DNA of 64,000 nt from Candidatus Latescibacterota bacterium (GCA_965243025.1 CBDETY010000003.1:4992001-5056000); one strand, 5' to 3'. Positions 18,007 through 28,249 are shown, counted from the first letter of the stretch. The notes: generated by a model from the sequence alone, not told the origin. Program-made: numbers and translations.

Positions 18007-19650
18007 TCACCTGAACTCGAGGTCGACTCCCTCCGCCGTTTGTCCTCTGCGAACCGCTACCATTTCGGCTGAGATCGAGACCGCTTCAGCTGGCGTGAAG
18101 GGATGGGGAGTGCCGGCATCCGCTACGAGATTGCCGTTCAGGTCTGCAAACGCCATCACCGAGTACTTCCCGGGAAGCACCTTCCCGAGGGAAAATGCTC
18201 CGCTGCTGTCGCAACCGGCGATGTAGGTGCGTCCATCCGGAACACCTCTGGCCAGCACCATCACCTCGCCCAGGTCGAGGAGGGAGTCCGCGGTGACCGT
18301 CCCGGAGAGCGACGGCAGCTCCGAATCCGGCGCCACCTCGAAGTCGAACTCGGCCAGGCTGTCCGCCGGGGCGTGTCCGGCGCGGTCGCTCAGCTGTCCC
18401 AGTCGGCCGCGCAGGGAGTAATGTCCCGGTCTCAGGGGTTCCCGCGGAATCAGCACCAGCCGTGTCGGAGTCTCCCATGTCCAGGTACCGTCTACCAAGG
18501 CGGTCGAATCGGTTTCGATCCAGAAATCGCCTGCAGGAGTATCCGTGGCCATCCCTTCGTCGAACTCGATGGCCAGTGAGTCGCCTGGGGCCCCCACTTT
18601 CGAGGGGCTTGCCGAGACGACGGATGGAGCCTTCTTGTCCTTCCGGGTGCTGGCGCGCCACGGCTGATCCCAGGACACCGGCTGTTTCTCGATGACGAGC
18701 TTGGCGAAACGGTAACTTGCCTCTGCCTGCTGTGGACCGGTCAGGACGTACAGCCGGGTTCGGTCACGCGCCGAGGAGTAGAATGCCGAAACCTCGAGCC
18801 CATCGATTTCAATCAGGGCGTCCAGGGGGTCTACCTCGCGATCGAAGGCCAGGAGAAGCCGGTTTTCGTCGAGTGCCTGCACCCGCTTCAGCCGGGGGGA
18901 AGGCAATTCTCCCTGGGACAGCAGCAGATCTCCTGCATGGACGTCTTCGCTCTGCGAGAGGTCGTGGATGCCTGCCGGCAGGGCAATGGGTTCTCCGGCG
19001 TCCCTGCGCGAATTGCGGTTTTCATCGCGGAAGGCGGTCACGAGGAAGCGTCCGGCCGAAAGGCGCATGAATTCGTACGAGCCGTCTCGCGATGATTGCG
19101 TCTCGTAATCCGGGGGATCGCTGCCCACGCGGCCGTCGAAGTGGCGGACGTCGTACGCCCACACGCGGGCTTTGGCTGCAGGTCTGTACCCCTCGTAGAC
19201 GCGGCCGCGAAGGCGCCCCTGGTTGAGTTCGGGCCCGGTGGCGAAGGCGAAGGTGTACGCTTCCGGCAGCGAGTTGCCGCGCCGGTCGCGTGCGTCCGTT
19301 CCGACAGTTACCACGTAAGTCTGCTCCTCCAGAAGGCGGCTGGCGGAGACTTCGAGGGTGGGTCCTTTCCAACGGAATTGCAGCTCGACCCGCGGAGCGA
19401 GAAAAATCGCCTCCTCCGTTCGCCTGCGGTCCATTCCCTCGCTGAAACGGAGGAAAATGGAGCTCTCCGGGGCAACCTCCGTTTCGTCGGCCTTCGGAGT
19501 ATGGCTGACGATGTCCGGGGCGGCCCGGTCGATCTCCCCCCCGGGGGGCCTTCCGACCTTGGCGCAATGTGCCGCAGCTACGGCGACAGTGACCAGGAGC
19601 GGCAACAGCGGATGGCGGCGAGGTTGTCGGTCCGCGAAAAAGGGCGGCAT
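18007..19650 (-). CDS. Ig-like (Big_5) domain lipoprotein
   Basis: Lipobox-like AAHC followed by AKVGRPPGGEID..P; two FSE/FDE-GM Ig-like repeats; D.N.N.D loops. Confidence 0.75.
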   Translation of the reverse strand: MPPFFADRQPRRHPLLPLLVTVAVAAAHCAKVGRPPGGEIDRAAPDIVSHTPKADETEVAPESSIFLRFSEGMDRRRTEEAIFLAPRVELQFRWKGPTLEVSASRLLEEQTYVVTVGTDARDRRGNSLPEAYTFAFATGPELNQGRLRGRVYEGYRPAAKARVWAYDVRHFDGRVGSDPPDYETQSSRDGSYEFMRLSAGRFLVTAFRDENRNSRRDAGEPIALPAGIHDLSQSEDVHAGDLLLSQGELPSPRLKRVQALDENRLLLAFDREVDPLDALIEIDGLEVSAFYSSARDRTRLYVLTGPQQAEASYRFAKLVIEKQPVSWDQPWRASTRKDKKAPSVVSASPSKVGAPGDSLAIEFDEGMATDTPAGDFWIETDSTALVDGTWTWETPTRLVLIPREPLRPGHYSLRGRLGQLSDRAGHAPADSLAEFDFEVAPDSELPSLSGTVTADSLLDLGEVMVLARGVPDGRTYIAGCDSSGAFSLGKVLPGKYSVMAFADLNGNLVADAGTPHPFTPAEAVSISAEMVAVRRGQTAEGVDLEFR

Positions 19651-19677
19651 ACGGGGCCGTTCGCCGGCAGCGGTCGG

Positions 19678-20673
19678 TCAGTGATCTCGCGGGTGACTGC
19701 CCGCGTATGTTTTCCGCAGGCCCTGCAGGACCTCTTGATCGTCAGCAGAGGGGTGGGCCGACGCAGGGGCCGCCTGTCCCAGCATTTCGGCGACGGCGCC
19801 GGCGTCGGCACCCGCCCCGAGCATGTGGTCGGCGCAGGCAGTTCGCAGTGCCCGGGGGCCGCCCCCGTTCACCGGGCTGAGCAGGCGTTCGACGATGCGC
19901 TGAACAGTCCTGCGGTGGAGTCGTTTACCCGAGGTGTTGAGAAAGAGCGCGCCCGCGTCGATATCGGCGATCTCCTTGTCGACCAGGAGGTCGGCCCGAA
20001 AAAGCAGGTAGTCCCCGACCGCGGCTGTGGCACGCGAACCGATCGGCACGAGCCTCGGCGCTTCCGGGGCCCCGACTTTCACCATCCCCGATTCGATCTC
20101 CAGAGAGGTCAGATTCAGGGCTACAAGTTCCCGGAGCCGCAGCCCTCCTCCGTAAAGGATTTCGACGATGGCGCGGTTGCGAACCGCGGCGAAGCTGTCC
20201 GCGGGGTTTTTTTCGATCGCCTCGGCCACGGCCTCCTTTCCGAGGCCGCCCCCTGCAGGTTGCGGTGAAGCATCGACTCTCAAACCGGCTGCAGGGTCGT
20301 CACCGCGAACGCCGCAACGGCGCAGGAAGCGGAACAGCGATTTCAACGCGGAGAGCTTTCGCTGTGCGGTTGCAGGTTTGAGTTTCCGCACCTGTTCGCC
20401 GAGGAACTCCGCTACCAGTTTGCGCCCGATGGAACCGAGCGATGCGTCCGCAGTGCGCGGATGAACGAAGAGGGTGAACTGGTTCAGGTCGGAGCGGTAA
20501 GCGGAAACGGTCGAATCGGGGCGCCCGCTCTTCCGAAGGTATTCGATAAAGTGGGCGACGCCGTCTTCGAGGGGCGCAGAGGGATTCGGTGGGTCTGCGA
20601 GCTGTGCTGTCGAATCGGGTGGCCGCCAGCTCTCCCCGGGATCAGGCGCGAGGCCCCGGCAGGTGCTGTTCAA
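19678..20673 (-). CDS. XerC-like tyrosine recombinase homolog with degenerate active site
   Basis: TVSAYRSDL N-domain, RNRAIVEILYGGGLRLREL box I, LFLN..G.RL, C-terminal HPR; follows topA with TTGA overlap (start estimated). Confidence 0.85.
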   Translation of the reverse strand: MNSTCRGLAPDPGESWRPPDSTAQLADPPNPSAPLEDGVAHFIEYLRKSGRPDSTVSAYRSDLNQFTLFVHPRTADASLGSIGRKLVAEFLGEQVRKLKPATAQRKLSALKSLFRFLRRCGVRGDDPAAGLRVDASPQPAGGGLGKEAVAEAIEKNPADSFAAVRNRAIVEILYGGGLRLRELVALNLTSLEIESGMVKVGAPEAPRLVPIGSRATAAVGDYLLFRADLLVDKEIADIDAGALFLNTSGKRLHRRTVQRIVERLLSPVNGGGPRALRTACADHMLGAGADAGAVAEMLGQAAPASAHPSADDQEVLQGLRKTYAGSHPRDH

Positions 20674-22940
20674 GCGGCGGGAGTGTTTTCGAACCGGTTT
20701 TCGCACACGCGGCAGAGCAGCATCGGCGCTCCCTTCCGGCTGTTCTTTTCGTACAGAAGCGGCGCCTCGCAGTGAGGACAGGGGCCTTCCACCGGCTTGT
20801 CCCAACTGGCGAACCTGCAATCAGGGTACTGGTTGCAGCTGTAGAACACCTTCCCCTTCCGGGATTGCTTTTCCACCAGTTCACCGCTACAGTCCTGTTC
20901 CGGGCAGGAAATCCCGAGCGAGTAAGGTTTGACGTTTCGACAATCGGGGTATCCGCTGCAGGCGAGAAAGCGTCCGTACAGTCCCGTCTTGACGACCATC
21001 GGGGAGCTGCAGATCTCGCACTTTTCGTCGGTCCGCGCCTGCTCACGATCCTGTTCGAGAGGCTTGGTGTTCTTGCATTGCGGGTAACCCGGGCATGCGA
21101 GAAAACGGCCGTTCCTGCCCCATTTGACCACCATGTTGCGATGGCAGTCCTCGCAGACTATGTCGGTCTCTTCCTGGAGCGACCGCTTGAGCTCGCGTCG
21201 GCGCGAGTTCGCGTCCTTCAGGGAGTCGCTCCAGGATCCGTAGAACTGGCGCACCGTCTCCACCCAGTTTTCCTTGCCGTCCTCGATGCGGTCGAGCTCG
21301 TCTTCCATTCTGGCGGTGAAGCGGACGTCGAAGATGTTGGGAAAGGTCTCGATAAGGAGCTTGTTGACCGTTTGTCCGCGCTCGGTGCCCACGAAGTAGC
21401 GATCCTGCTTTTCCACGTATTCCCGGTCCTGCAGGGTACTGATGATCTGCGCGTAGGTGCTGGGCCTGCCGATACCTTTCGCCTCGAGCTCTTTTACGAG
21501 GGAGGCCTCTGAGTACCTCGGGGGGGGCTTGGTGAAATGCTGTTCCGGCTTCAGGGTCTGGGGGTCAAGAGGTTGTCCCGCGGCGAGATCGGGGGGCAGC
21601 TGGGTCCTCTCCCCTTCACCATCGTCTTCTTTGCTTTCGGTGTACAGCACCGAGAACCCGGGGAATTTCGTCCGCGACCCGGTGGTTCGCAGCAGGTATT
21701 CGGAAGCGGAAATGTCGACACTGGTAATATCGAGAACCTGGGATCCCATCTGCGACGCGACGAAGCGTTTCCAGATGAGTTCGTAGAGCTTGGCCTGGTC
21801 CGGGTTCAACCTGTTTTTCATTTCACCGGGAAGCAGCTCCAGGTACGTAGGTCGGATCGCCTCGTGAGCGTCCTGTGCTCCACGCCGGGTCTTGTAGGCA
21901 TTTGGTTTGGGGGGAAGGTAACTTTCTCCGTACGTCTTGCCGATATGTTCGCGGACCTCGGCGATGGCGTCGTCCGAGACTCGCACCGAATCGGTCCGCA
22001 TGTAGGTGATCAAACCACGAGTCTCCCCCTGCACCTCGATTCCTTCGTAGAGCTGTTGTGCCACGGCCATCGTGCGTTTGACGGTAAAGCGCAGTCGCCG
22101 CGCGGCGTCTTGCTGCAAGGTGCTGGTGATGAAAGGGGGTGAGGGGTGCCGCCGTTGTTCTTTCCGCTTTACCTGCTTGACCACGAAATCCGCCTTGCGC
22201 AAGTCGGCAACGATGGCTTCTGCCTGCTCCTGGTTCGATATGGCGAGTTTCTCGTTTCGGTGCTGCAGCAACCGCGCGGTAAATGCAGGGTATTCGCTGT
22301 CTCCATCCGGGCCGCCGGAAGCTGTGAGGGACTCCATTCTCTGTTTGAGCAGGGCATCGATCGTCCAGTATTCCTGCGGCTCGAAAGCGTCGATTTCAGC
22401 ATCTCGCTCGCAGATCAATCGCAGAGCAACCGACTGCACCCGCCCGGCCGACAGGCCCGCGTGTATGACCTTCCACAACAAGGGACTGATTTCGTATCCC
22501 ACCAGGCGGTCCAGAACGCGGCGCGCCTGCTGTGCGTTGACTTTTCTGAGGTCGAGTTTACCCGACTTGGCGATGGATTCGCGAACCGCCTTGGGAGTGA
22601 TTTCGTTGAACAGAATACGTTTGACCTGGCGGTCTTCCTTGTTGCCGATTGCATGGGCGACGTGCCAGGCTATAGCCTCACCTTCGCGGTCGGGATCGGT
22701 TGCGAGGTAGATCTCGTCCGCTTTCCGGGCCTCCTTGCGCAGGTCGGCGAGGATCTTTCCCTTTCCCCGGATGGTGACGTACCGTGGATTGAAATCGTTG
22801 TCGACGTCGACGCCCAATTCCTTTGGGGGCAGGTCGCGCACATGTCCCATGCAGGACTTGACCAGATAGTCCTTGCCGAGAATCTTGTTGATCGTGGTGG
22901 CTTTTGCCGGTGATTCAACTACAACGAGGGACTTTGCCAT
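20670..22940 (-). CDS. topA: DNA topoisomerase I
   Basis: VVESPAK, ATDPDREGE, SAGRVQS, LITYMRTD, three C-terminal Zn ribbons. Confidence 0.98.
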   Translation of the reverse strand: MAKSLVVVESPAKATTINKILGKDYLVKSCMGHVRDLPPKELGVDVDNDFNPRYVTIRGKGKILADLRKEARKADEIYLATDPDREGEAIAWHVAHAIGNKEDRQVKRILFNEITPKAVRESIAKSGKLDLRKVNAQQARRVLDRLVGYEISPLLWKVIHAGLSAGRVQSVALRLICERDAEIDAFEPQEYWTIDALLKQRMESLTASGGPDGDSEYPAFTARLLQHRNEKLAISNQEQAEAIVADLRKADFVVKQVKRKEQRRHPSPPFITSTLQQDAARRLRFTVKRTMAVAQQLYEGIEVQGETRGLITYMRTDSVRVSDDAIAEVREHIGKTYGESYLPPKPNAYKTRRGAQDAHEAIRPTYLELLPGEMKNRLNPDQAKLYELIWKRFVASQMGSQVLDITSVDISASEYLLRTTGSRTKFPGFSVLYTESKEDDGEGERTQLPPDLAAGQPLDPQTLKPEQHFTKPPPRYSEASLVKELEAKGIGRPSTYAQIISTLQDREYVEKQDRYFVGTERGQTVNKLLIETFPNIFDVRFTARMEDELDRIEDGKENWVETVRQFYGSWSDSLKDANSRRRELKRSLQEETDIVCEDCHRNMVVKWGRNGRFLACPGYPQCKNTKPLEQDREQARTDEKCEICSSPMVVKTGLYGRFLACSGYPDCRNVKPYSLGISCPEQDCSGELVEKQSRKGKVFYSCNQYPDCRFASWDKPVEGPCPHCEAPLLYEKNSRKGAPMLLCRVCENRFENTPAA

Positions 22941-23042
22941 TACTTTGTGCCGCGGTTTTCGATCAGCATCAAGCCGTTCATGTGTATAACCCGAGTATGC
23001 AGTCCGACACTTCTATGTTTCCGATGACGCCACATTTTTCCC

Positions 23043-23071
23043 AATATATAGAGCGCCTCTGAGCATAGCAA
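23043..23071 (-). promoter_or_regulatory. Putative sigma70 promoter of the topA operon
   Basis: TTGCTA-N17-TATATT in an AT-rich intergenic region. Confidence 0.55.
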
Positions 23072-23205
23072 ACTCCGGCGGGCCAGGTGCGAATTTGCTG
23101 TCCATGCTCCATCCCGTGATTGCATTCCCGAAATAAAAAAAAGACAAATGGATAAACATTTGGATTTGCAGGCTCGCGGACAATCGGCCGGCTCTCACCG
23201 TTGAC

Positions 23206-23976
23206 ATGGTCGCGATAAGAACTCCGGAGGAGATCGAGAAGATCCGCTCCAGTTGCCGTATTGTGTTTCTGGTTCAGCAGGCGTTGGTGGCAGCAGCGCG
23301 GCCTGGTGTTTCGACCCTCGAGCTGGACCGACTGGCCGAGGAAACCATTCGGAATAGCGGCGCCAGCCCCGCATTCAAGGGATATCACGGCTTTCCCTCC
23401 AGCATATGTGCTTCCGTTAACGACGAAGCAGTGCACGGACTCCCGAGATCCGGAGGGCTGCGCTCGGGAGATATCCTCAGTGTCGATGTCGGCGTCGAGC
23501 TGGACGGGTATTTCGGGGACGGCGCCTTTACCCTCGGGGTGGGTACGATTACGGGTGACCAACAGCATCTCCTCGACACTACCCGAACCGCTCTCGAGGA
23601 GGGTATCAGCAAGGCCCGGGCGTGCGGACGGTTATCGGATATTTCTCATGCCATCCAGTCCCGGGCGGAGGCCAACGGTATGTCCGTAGTCCGTGAATTC
23701 GGAGGCCACGGAATCGGGCGGGCATTGCACGAAGCACCCCATATTCCAAACTTCGGCTCCCCCGGACGAGGGCCGAAGCTGAAACCCGGTCTGGTCGTTG
23801 CCATAGAACCGATCCTCAGTATGGGGAAACCTGACGTAGTCGTTGCCGAGGACGGCTGGACGACTTCGACCCGCGATGGCGCAACTGTCGCCCATTTCGA
23901 GCATACCGTTGCAATCACCGAAGATGGCCCCGATGTGCTGACTCTGTCGGTGGCGGATTTGGGGGAAGCGCGGTGA
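23206..23976 (+). CDS. map: Methionine aminopeptidase type I
   Basis: CASVN..HGLP, DVG, GD, GHGIG, EP, HFEHT metal ligands. Confidence 0.97.
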   Translation: MVAIRTPEEIEKIRSSCRIVFLVQQALVAAARPGVSTLELDRLAEETIRNSGASPAFKGYHGFPSSICASVNDEAVHGLPRSGGLRSGDILSVDVGVELDGYFGDGAFTLGVGTITGDQQHLLDTTRTALEEGISKARACGRLSDISHAIQSRAEANGMSVVREFGGHGIGRALHEAPHIPNFGSPGRGPKLKPGLVVAIEPILSMGKPDVVVAEDGWTTSTRDGATVAHFEHTVAITEDGPDVLTLSVADLGEAR

Positions 23977-24731
23977 AAATAACAATGTTGGGGACCGGCA
24001 CCTCGGTCGGTGTTCCCCGCATCGGATGCGACTGCCCGGTTTGCCTGTCTGAAAATCCCCGCAACAAGCGGCTTCGCTGTTCCATACTGATCGAGTTCGG
24101 GGACCGGGTCGTTCTTGTCGACACCACACCTGACCTGCGCACCCAGGCGCTCCGTTACGAAGTCCGCCGCCTCGATGCTGTCCTGTTCACGCATGGCCAC
24201 GCCGACCACCTGCACGGACTCGACGATCTGCGTTGCTACTGCTTCGACCGGGACGAACCGCTGCCCTGCTTTGCCGATCACAACACACTGGAACGCATCA
24301 ATCGGGTTTTCGATTACGCTTTCGATTCACCGTATCCGCAGTCGCTTCCGCGGCTGGACCTGCACGTGATCAACGGTACGATCACGCTGTTCGGCCTGCA
24401 GATCCAGCCCATTACCGTGTATCACGGAAGATTGCCGGTCTTGGCGTTCCGCATCGGGCAGTTCGCCTACGTGACGGACTGCAACCGGATTCCATCGGAA
24501 TCCATGGGCCAGCTGCGCGATCTCGACGTGCTTGTGCTCGATGCTTTGCGGCACACTGAACACCCGACCCACTTCAACATCGAAGAGGCGCTCGATGTCG
24601 TCGATGACCTGAGGCCTAAACGGACCTTCTTCACCCACATCGCCCACGACTTGGACCACGAAGCGACAAATGCGTCCCTTCCCGGGAATGTGGAGTTGGC
24701 GTACGACGGACTCGTCCTCGATGTGAACTGA
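23973..24731 (+). CDS. MBL-fold metallohydrolase (PhnP-like)
   Basis: LGTGTSVGVP..CDCPVC, THGHADHLHG, THIAH, AYDG. Confidence 0.92.
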   Translation: MKITMLGTGTSVGVPRIGCDCPVCLSENPRNKRLRCSILIEFGDRVVLVDTTPDLRTQALRYEVRRLDAVLFTHGHADHLHGLDDLRCYCFDRDEPLPCFADHNTLERINRVFDYAFDSPYPQSLPRLDLHVINGTITLFGLQIQPITVYHGRLPVLAFRIGQFAYVTDCNRIPSESMGQLRDLDVLVLDALRHTEHPTHFNIEEALDVVDDLRPKRTFFTHIAHDLDHEATNASLPGNVELAYDGLVLDVN

Positions 24732-24748
24732 CACCCGGATCGACAAAG

Positions 24749-24785
24749 AAAAGGGGCGTGATCCAGTCGGATCACGCCCCCTTTT
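24749..24785. terminator. Bidirectional intrinsic terminator
   Basis: AAAAGGGGCGTGATCC-AGTC-GGATCACGCCCCCTTTT between convergent genes. Confidence 0.85.
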
Positions 24786-24826
24786 GTTTACGGGACCGCG
24801 TTATCAGGATGCGGCCCATTCTCCCT

Positions 24827-27217
24827 TCAACACTTCGACCAGCCGCAGTGCCTGCAGTTGAGACAGTTGCTTTCGTGCACGACAGTCGAGCCGCACTCCG
24901 GGCAGGTGACGCTGGACCGGGGCCCTGCAGTTTCGGTACCGGAGCCCGGGAAATCCGCACGAGGTTCCGCTTCCCGTTGCAGGTAGCGCTCCAGAGCCCG
25001 GCCGATGGCGTCGGGGGCCGACAGGATCAGTTCGCCGTCTTCCCAGACAGGGGTGGGTCCGGAAATTCCCTTAAGGGACTTCACGATTTCCTGCGGGTCG
25101 ATGCCGGAGCGCAGCGCCAGCGAGATCAGTCGGCTTATAGCCTCCGACTGCGCGGCGGCGTTGCCTCCCGCCTTGCCGATGGTGCTGAACACCTCGCACA
25201 GCCCCTGGTCGTCCTCGTTGATGGTGACGTAGATGTTGCCCTCTCCGGTGCGGATGCGTTCGGTCACACCCTGGGTGACCGCCGGCCGTCGCCGCGGATG
25301 GTAGCCGCGCTCGCTGCGCCCGGAGGCAACCGGGGTTTCGGCTTCAGGAGGATCCTCCTTCTGCGGGGTATCCTCCTCCTCCTGACTGTCTTCGGTCTGC
25401 AGGATCCCCTGGCGGCTTCCCTCCCTGTAGACCGTCACACCCTTGAGGCCCTCCCGGTAGGCGGTGATGTAGATGTCGGCCACCGTTTCCGCACTCGTCT
25501 CCTCGGGCAGATTGATCGTCGAAGAAATGCTGCTGTCGGTGTATTTCTGGATAACCCCCTGCATCTTTACCCGGAAATACGGATCGATTTCGTGGGAACT
25601 GATGACGTAGTCCGGCAGGTTCTCGTCGTCGCCGAAGAGGCGCTGAATCAGCGGGTGATACACTTTGTACTCGCGAAAGGACTCGCCGTCCGCCTGTTTG
25701 ACGCGCCGCTTGTAGCTGGTGCAGAAAATCGGCTCGATGCCGGAAGTCGTCTGGGCGACGATCGATCCCGTGCCGACCGGAGGAACCGTGATGAGGGTGG
25801 CGTTGCGCAAGCCGTGTTCTCTTGCACGCTCCTGAATGGTCTTCGGCAGACTCTGAATGAACTTGCTTTGCGAAATGCCGTCCCAGTCGAACAGCTTGAA
25901 GGGTCCTTTTTCGCTCGCCAGGTCGATGGAAGTCTCGTAGGAGCAGTAACAGATCGTCTGCATCACTTTCTCGACCGTCTCGAGTGCCTCGTCCGAGTCG
26001 TACCTGAGCTTCATCAGTGTCAGCGCGTCCGCCAGGCCCGTGATCCCCAGCCCGACGCGACGGTCTGAGGCCACCGCGTCCCTGATCTTGGGAAGGGCGT
26101 GGTTGTCCATGTTGTAATCGATGACGTCGTCGAGAAAACGGGTCGCCACCCGGGTGCTCTCGGCCAGATCCTCGTAATCGAACGTACCGTCTTCGCTGAC
26201 AAACTTTACCAGGTTGAGGTTGCCGAGGTTGCACGCAGTGTACGAAGCCAGGGGTTGTTCGCCGCAGGGGTTGGTGCTGGTCAGCGGATTGGCATACTCG
26301 ACGTTGTGGTACTCCTTCATGGTGTCCCAGAAGATGATTCCCGGTTCGGCGCTGGCATGGGCATTGGCGATGATGGTGTTCCACAGGTCCCGCGCGCGCA
26401 CGGTGCGGTACACCTTTCCCCCCCACCTGAGGCCGAAGTCCGTGTCCCCGAGGACGGCCTCCATGAACTCGTGCGTAATCAGAACGCTGATGTTGGCGTA
26501 CTGCACTTTGGTGCGAGTTGCGTCGTTCTTGATCGTAATGAAGTCCTCGATGTCGGGATGATCGACCCTCAGAGTCAGCATCAGCGCACCCCGCCTGCCT
26601 GCCTGGGACACCGCGTTGGTGCTTTCGCTCAACAGGTTCATGAAAGCGGTGCACCCGGGAGACTGGTCGACGGTGGCGTTGACCGGTGCGCCCTTGGGCC
26701 GGAGCGACGACAGGTCGGTACCCACTCCACCGCCGGTTCGGTACACCATCGCCGACTCGCTCAGGCAGCGGTAAATACCTTCGAGGCTGTCCTGTTCGAT
26801 GGGAACGACGTAGCAGTTGGAAAGCGTGGGCTTGCGACGGGCCTCGTCACGGCCTGCCCCGTGCATTACCCGGCCGCCGGGGATGAATTTGAAGTCGAGA
26901 AGAAGGGTGAAGAAGCGGTTGTACCAATGTGCCTCCTCCTCTTCGACGGAGGCCATTGCCCGGGCGATGCGGTCCCACATTTGCAGGGGGCCGCTTTCCC
27001 CCGGAGCCAGGTACTTGCTGCGCAGAACATCGATCGCCAGATCGTTGTCGGCATAGTAGGTCTCTGCGTCGGCAGCTGTTTTCAGAATGTCGTCGTGGCC
27101 GTTGCGCCTGTAGCCGCGATCTTCCACCTGAGCCAGTAAGTCCTCGAGGCGATGGCCATTCTCCGCCGCGGTATCGTCAGTTCCGGAGGCCCCTGATTCG
27201 TAGATATTGGACGACAT
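24827..27217 (-). CDS. nrdJ: Adenosylcobalamin-dependent class II ribonucleotide reductase
   Basis: PGGR, LSNC, TNPCGEQ, RxxGLG, PPVGT, SGIEP, KGVTVYR; C-terminal TSCPD domain and Zn ribbon; no R2 gene adjacent. Confidence 0.93.
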   Translation of the reverse strand: MSSNIYESGASGTDDTAAENGHRLEDLLAQVEDRGYRRNGHDDILKTAADAETYYADNDLAIDVLRSKYLAPGESGPLQMWDRIARAMASVEEEEAHWYNRFFTLLLDFKFIPGGRVMHGAGRDEARRKPTLSNCYVVPIEQDSLEGIYRCLSESAMVYRTGGGVGTDLSSLRPKGAPVNATVDQSPGCTAFMNLLSESTNAVSQAGRRGALMLTLRVDHPDIEDFITIKNDATRTKVQYANISVLITHEFMEAVLGDTDFGLRWGGKVYRTVRARDLWNTIIANAHASAEPGIIFWDTMKEYHNVEYANPLTSTNPCGEQPLASYTACNLGNLNLVKFVSEDGTFDYEDLAESTRVATRFLDDVIDYNMDNHALPKIRDAVASDRRVGLGITGLADALTLMKLRYDSDEALETVEKVMQTICYCSYETSIDLASEKGPFKLFDWDGISQSKFIQSLPKTIQERAREHGLRNATLITVPPVGTGSIVAQTTSGIEPIFCTSYKRRVKQADGESFREYKVYHPLIQRLFGDDENLPDYVISSHEIDPYFRVKMQGVIQKYTDSSISSTINLPEETSAETVADIYITAYREGLKGVTVYREGSRQGILQTEDSQEEEDTPQKEDPPEAETPVASGRSERGYHPRRRPAVTQGVTERIRTGEGNIYVTINEDDQGLCEVFSTIGKAGGNAAAQSEAISRLISLALRSGIDPQEIVKSLKGISGPTPVWEDGELILSAPDAIGRALERYLQREAEPRADFPGSGTETAGPRSSVTCPECGSTVVHESNCLNCRHCGWSKC

Positions 27218-27357
27218 TTCTCCCTCTCTAGTGCGCGTCGCGCGCAGAAAATACGGGCTCCGCCTCTTGGTCAAGGACCGAGAGAGCACAGCCCCAAAAT
27301 CAGTATATACAGTAGGTTATGCGGGGAGGAGACACGAGGAAATCAGTTCCGCTGGAA

Positions 27358-27404
27358 CCACATTATCTCCTGCTGTCTACCAGACGGAACACAAGATATT
27401 GTGG
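27358..27404. promoter_or_regulatory. Tandem NrdR boxes
   Basis: ACACAAGATATTGTGG (27389-27404) plus a degenerate CCACATTATCTCCTGC 31 bp away, upstream of nrdJ. Confidence 0.75.
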
Positions 27405-27414
27405 AAACGCTTCG

Positions 27415-27444
27415 AATATACAGCCCTTGATTCTGGCGTGTCAA
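27415..27444 (-). promoter_or_regulatory. Sigma70 promoter of nrdJ
   Basis: TTGACA-N18-TATATT immediately upstream of the NrdR box. Confidence 0.7.
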
Positions 27445-27609
27445 GGAATTTCAAGGGACTGGGGATCGAGCTTCCGAGGGGTTCGAGGAGGCTCGGAAAA
27501 CGCCGGATTCAACCGGGGTGATGCCTGACGGGGCCGCTGTTCTGTTTTCACGGGCAGGGCAGGCGTCGTTGCGGCCCCGCCGCGTACCGGCCGGAGGGAT
27601 GCCGCCTTC

Positions 27610-28065
27610 TCAGGGGGCCGGTGAGAGCTGCTCCAACTCGCGGACGAAATCGCTCCTGTCCCTGAATTGCCGATAGACCGACGCAAACCGGACATAAGCC
27701 ACCTCGTTCAACCTGCGCAACGCCTCCATGACCAACTCACCAACCTGAATGCTTGGAACCTCTTTCTCGGCAAGGTTTCCCAACTCGCTTTCGACCTGGT
27801 CGACGAGCTCTTCGATCTGATCGCTGGAGACAGGTGTCTTGTAGCAGGCGAGTTGGATTTTTCCGAGGAGTTTGCCACGGTCGAACGGTTCCCGACTGCC
27901 GTCGCGTTTGATGATGGTCAGCGGTGCGTGTTCGATGTATTCGTAGGTCGTGAACCGCTGATTGCAGTTGACGCATTCCCGGCGTCTGCGGATGGCCTGG
28001 CCATCCCGGCACGACCTCGAGTCAACCACGCGGTCGTCCTGATGATCGCAAAACGGGCAACGCAT
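27610..28065 (-). CDS. nrdR: Transcriptional repressor NrdR
   Basis: MRCPFC, VVDSR, IRRRREC..C..RFTTYE, ATP cone, AYVRFASVY. Confidence 0.98.
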   Translation of the reverse strand: MRCPFCDHQDDRVVDSRSCRDGQAIRRRRECVNCNQRFTTYEYIEHAPLTIIKRDGSREPFDRGKLLGKIQLACYKTPVSSDQIEELVDQVESELGNLAEKEVPSIQVGELVMEALRRLNEVAYVRFASVYRQFRDRSDFVRELEQLSPAP

Positions 28066-28249
28066 GTGCAACCTCCCGAACACCTCGTTGGGGTGCGCGA
28101 GGTGTCGTCATTCGGGGATGTGTGTCCCTACTGGCGGGGAGATGCTTGGAGGGATCCCGGTGGTTTCGAAAATCGATGCATCGAGAGCACCTCCGAGATA
28201 AAAATACTAAATGGCAGCAGTGGTCGCGTGGTCAGGTGCTGCCAAAGGC

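Noticed and set aside
27300-27313. CAGTATATACAG as a LexA/SOS box
   Set aside because: It does not fit CTGT-N8-ACAG; more likely just AT-rich leader sequence.
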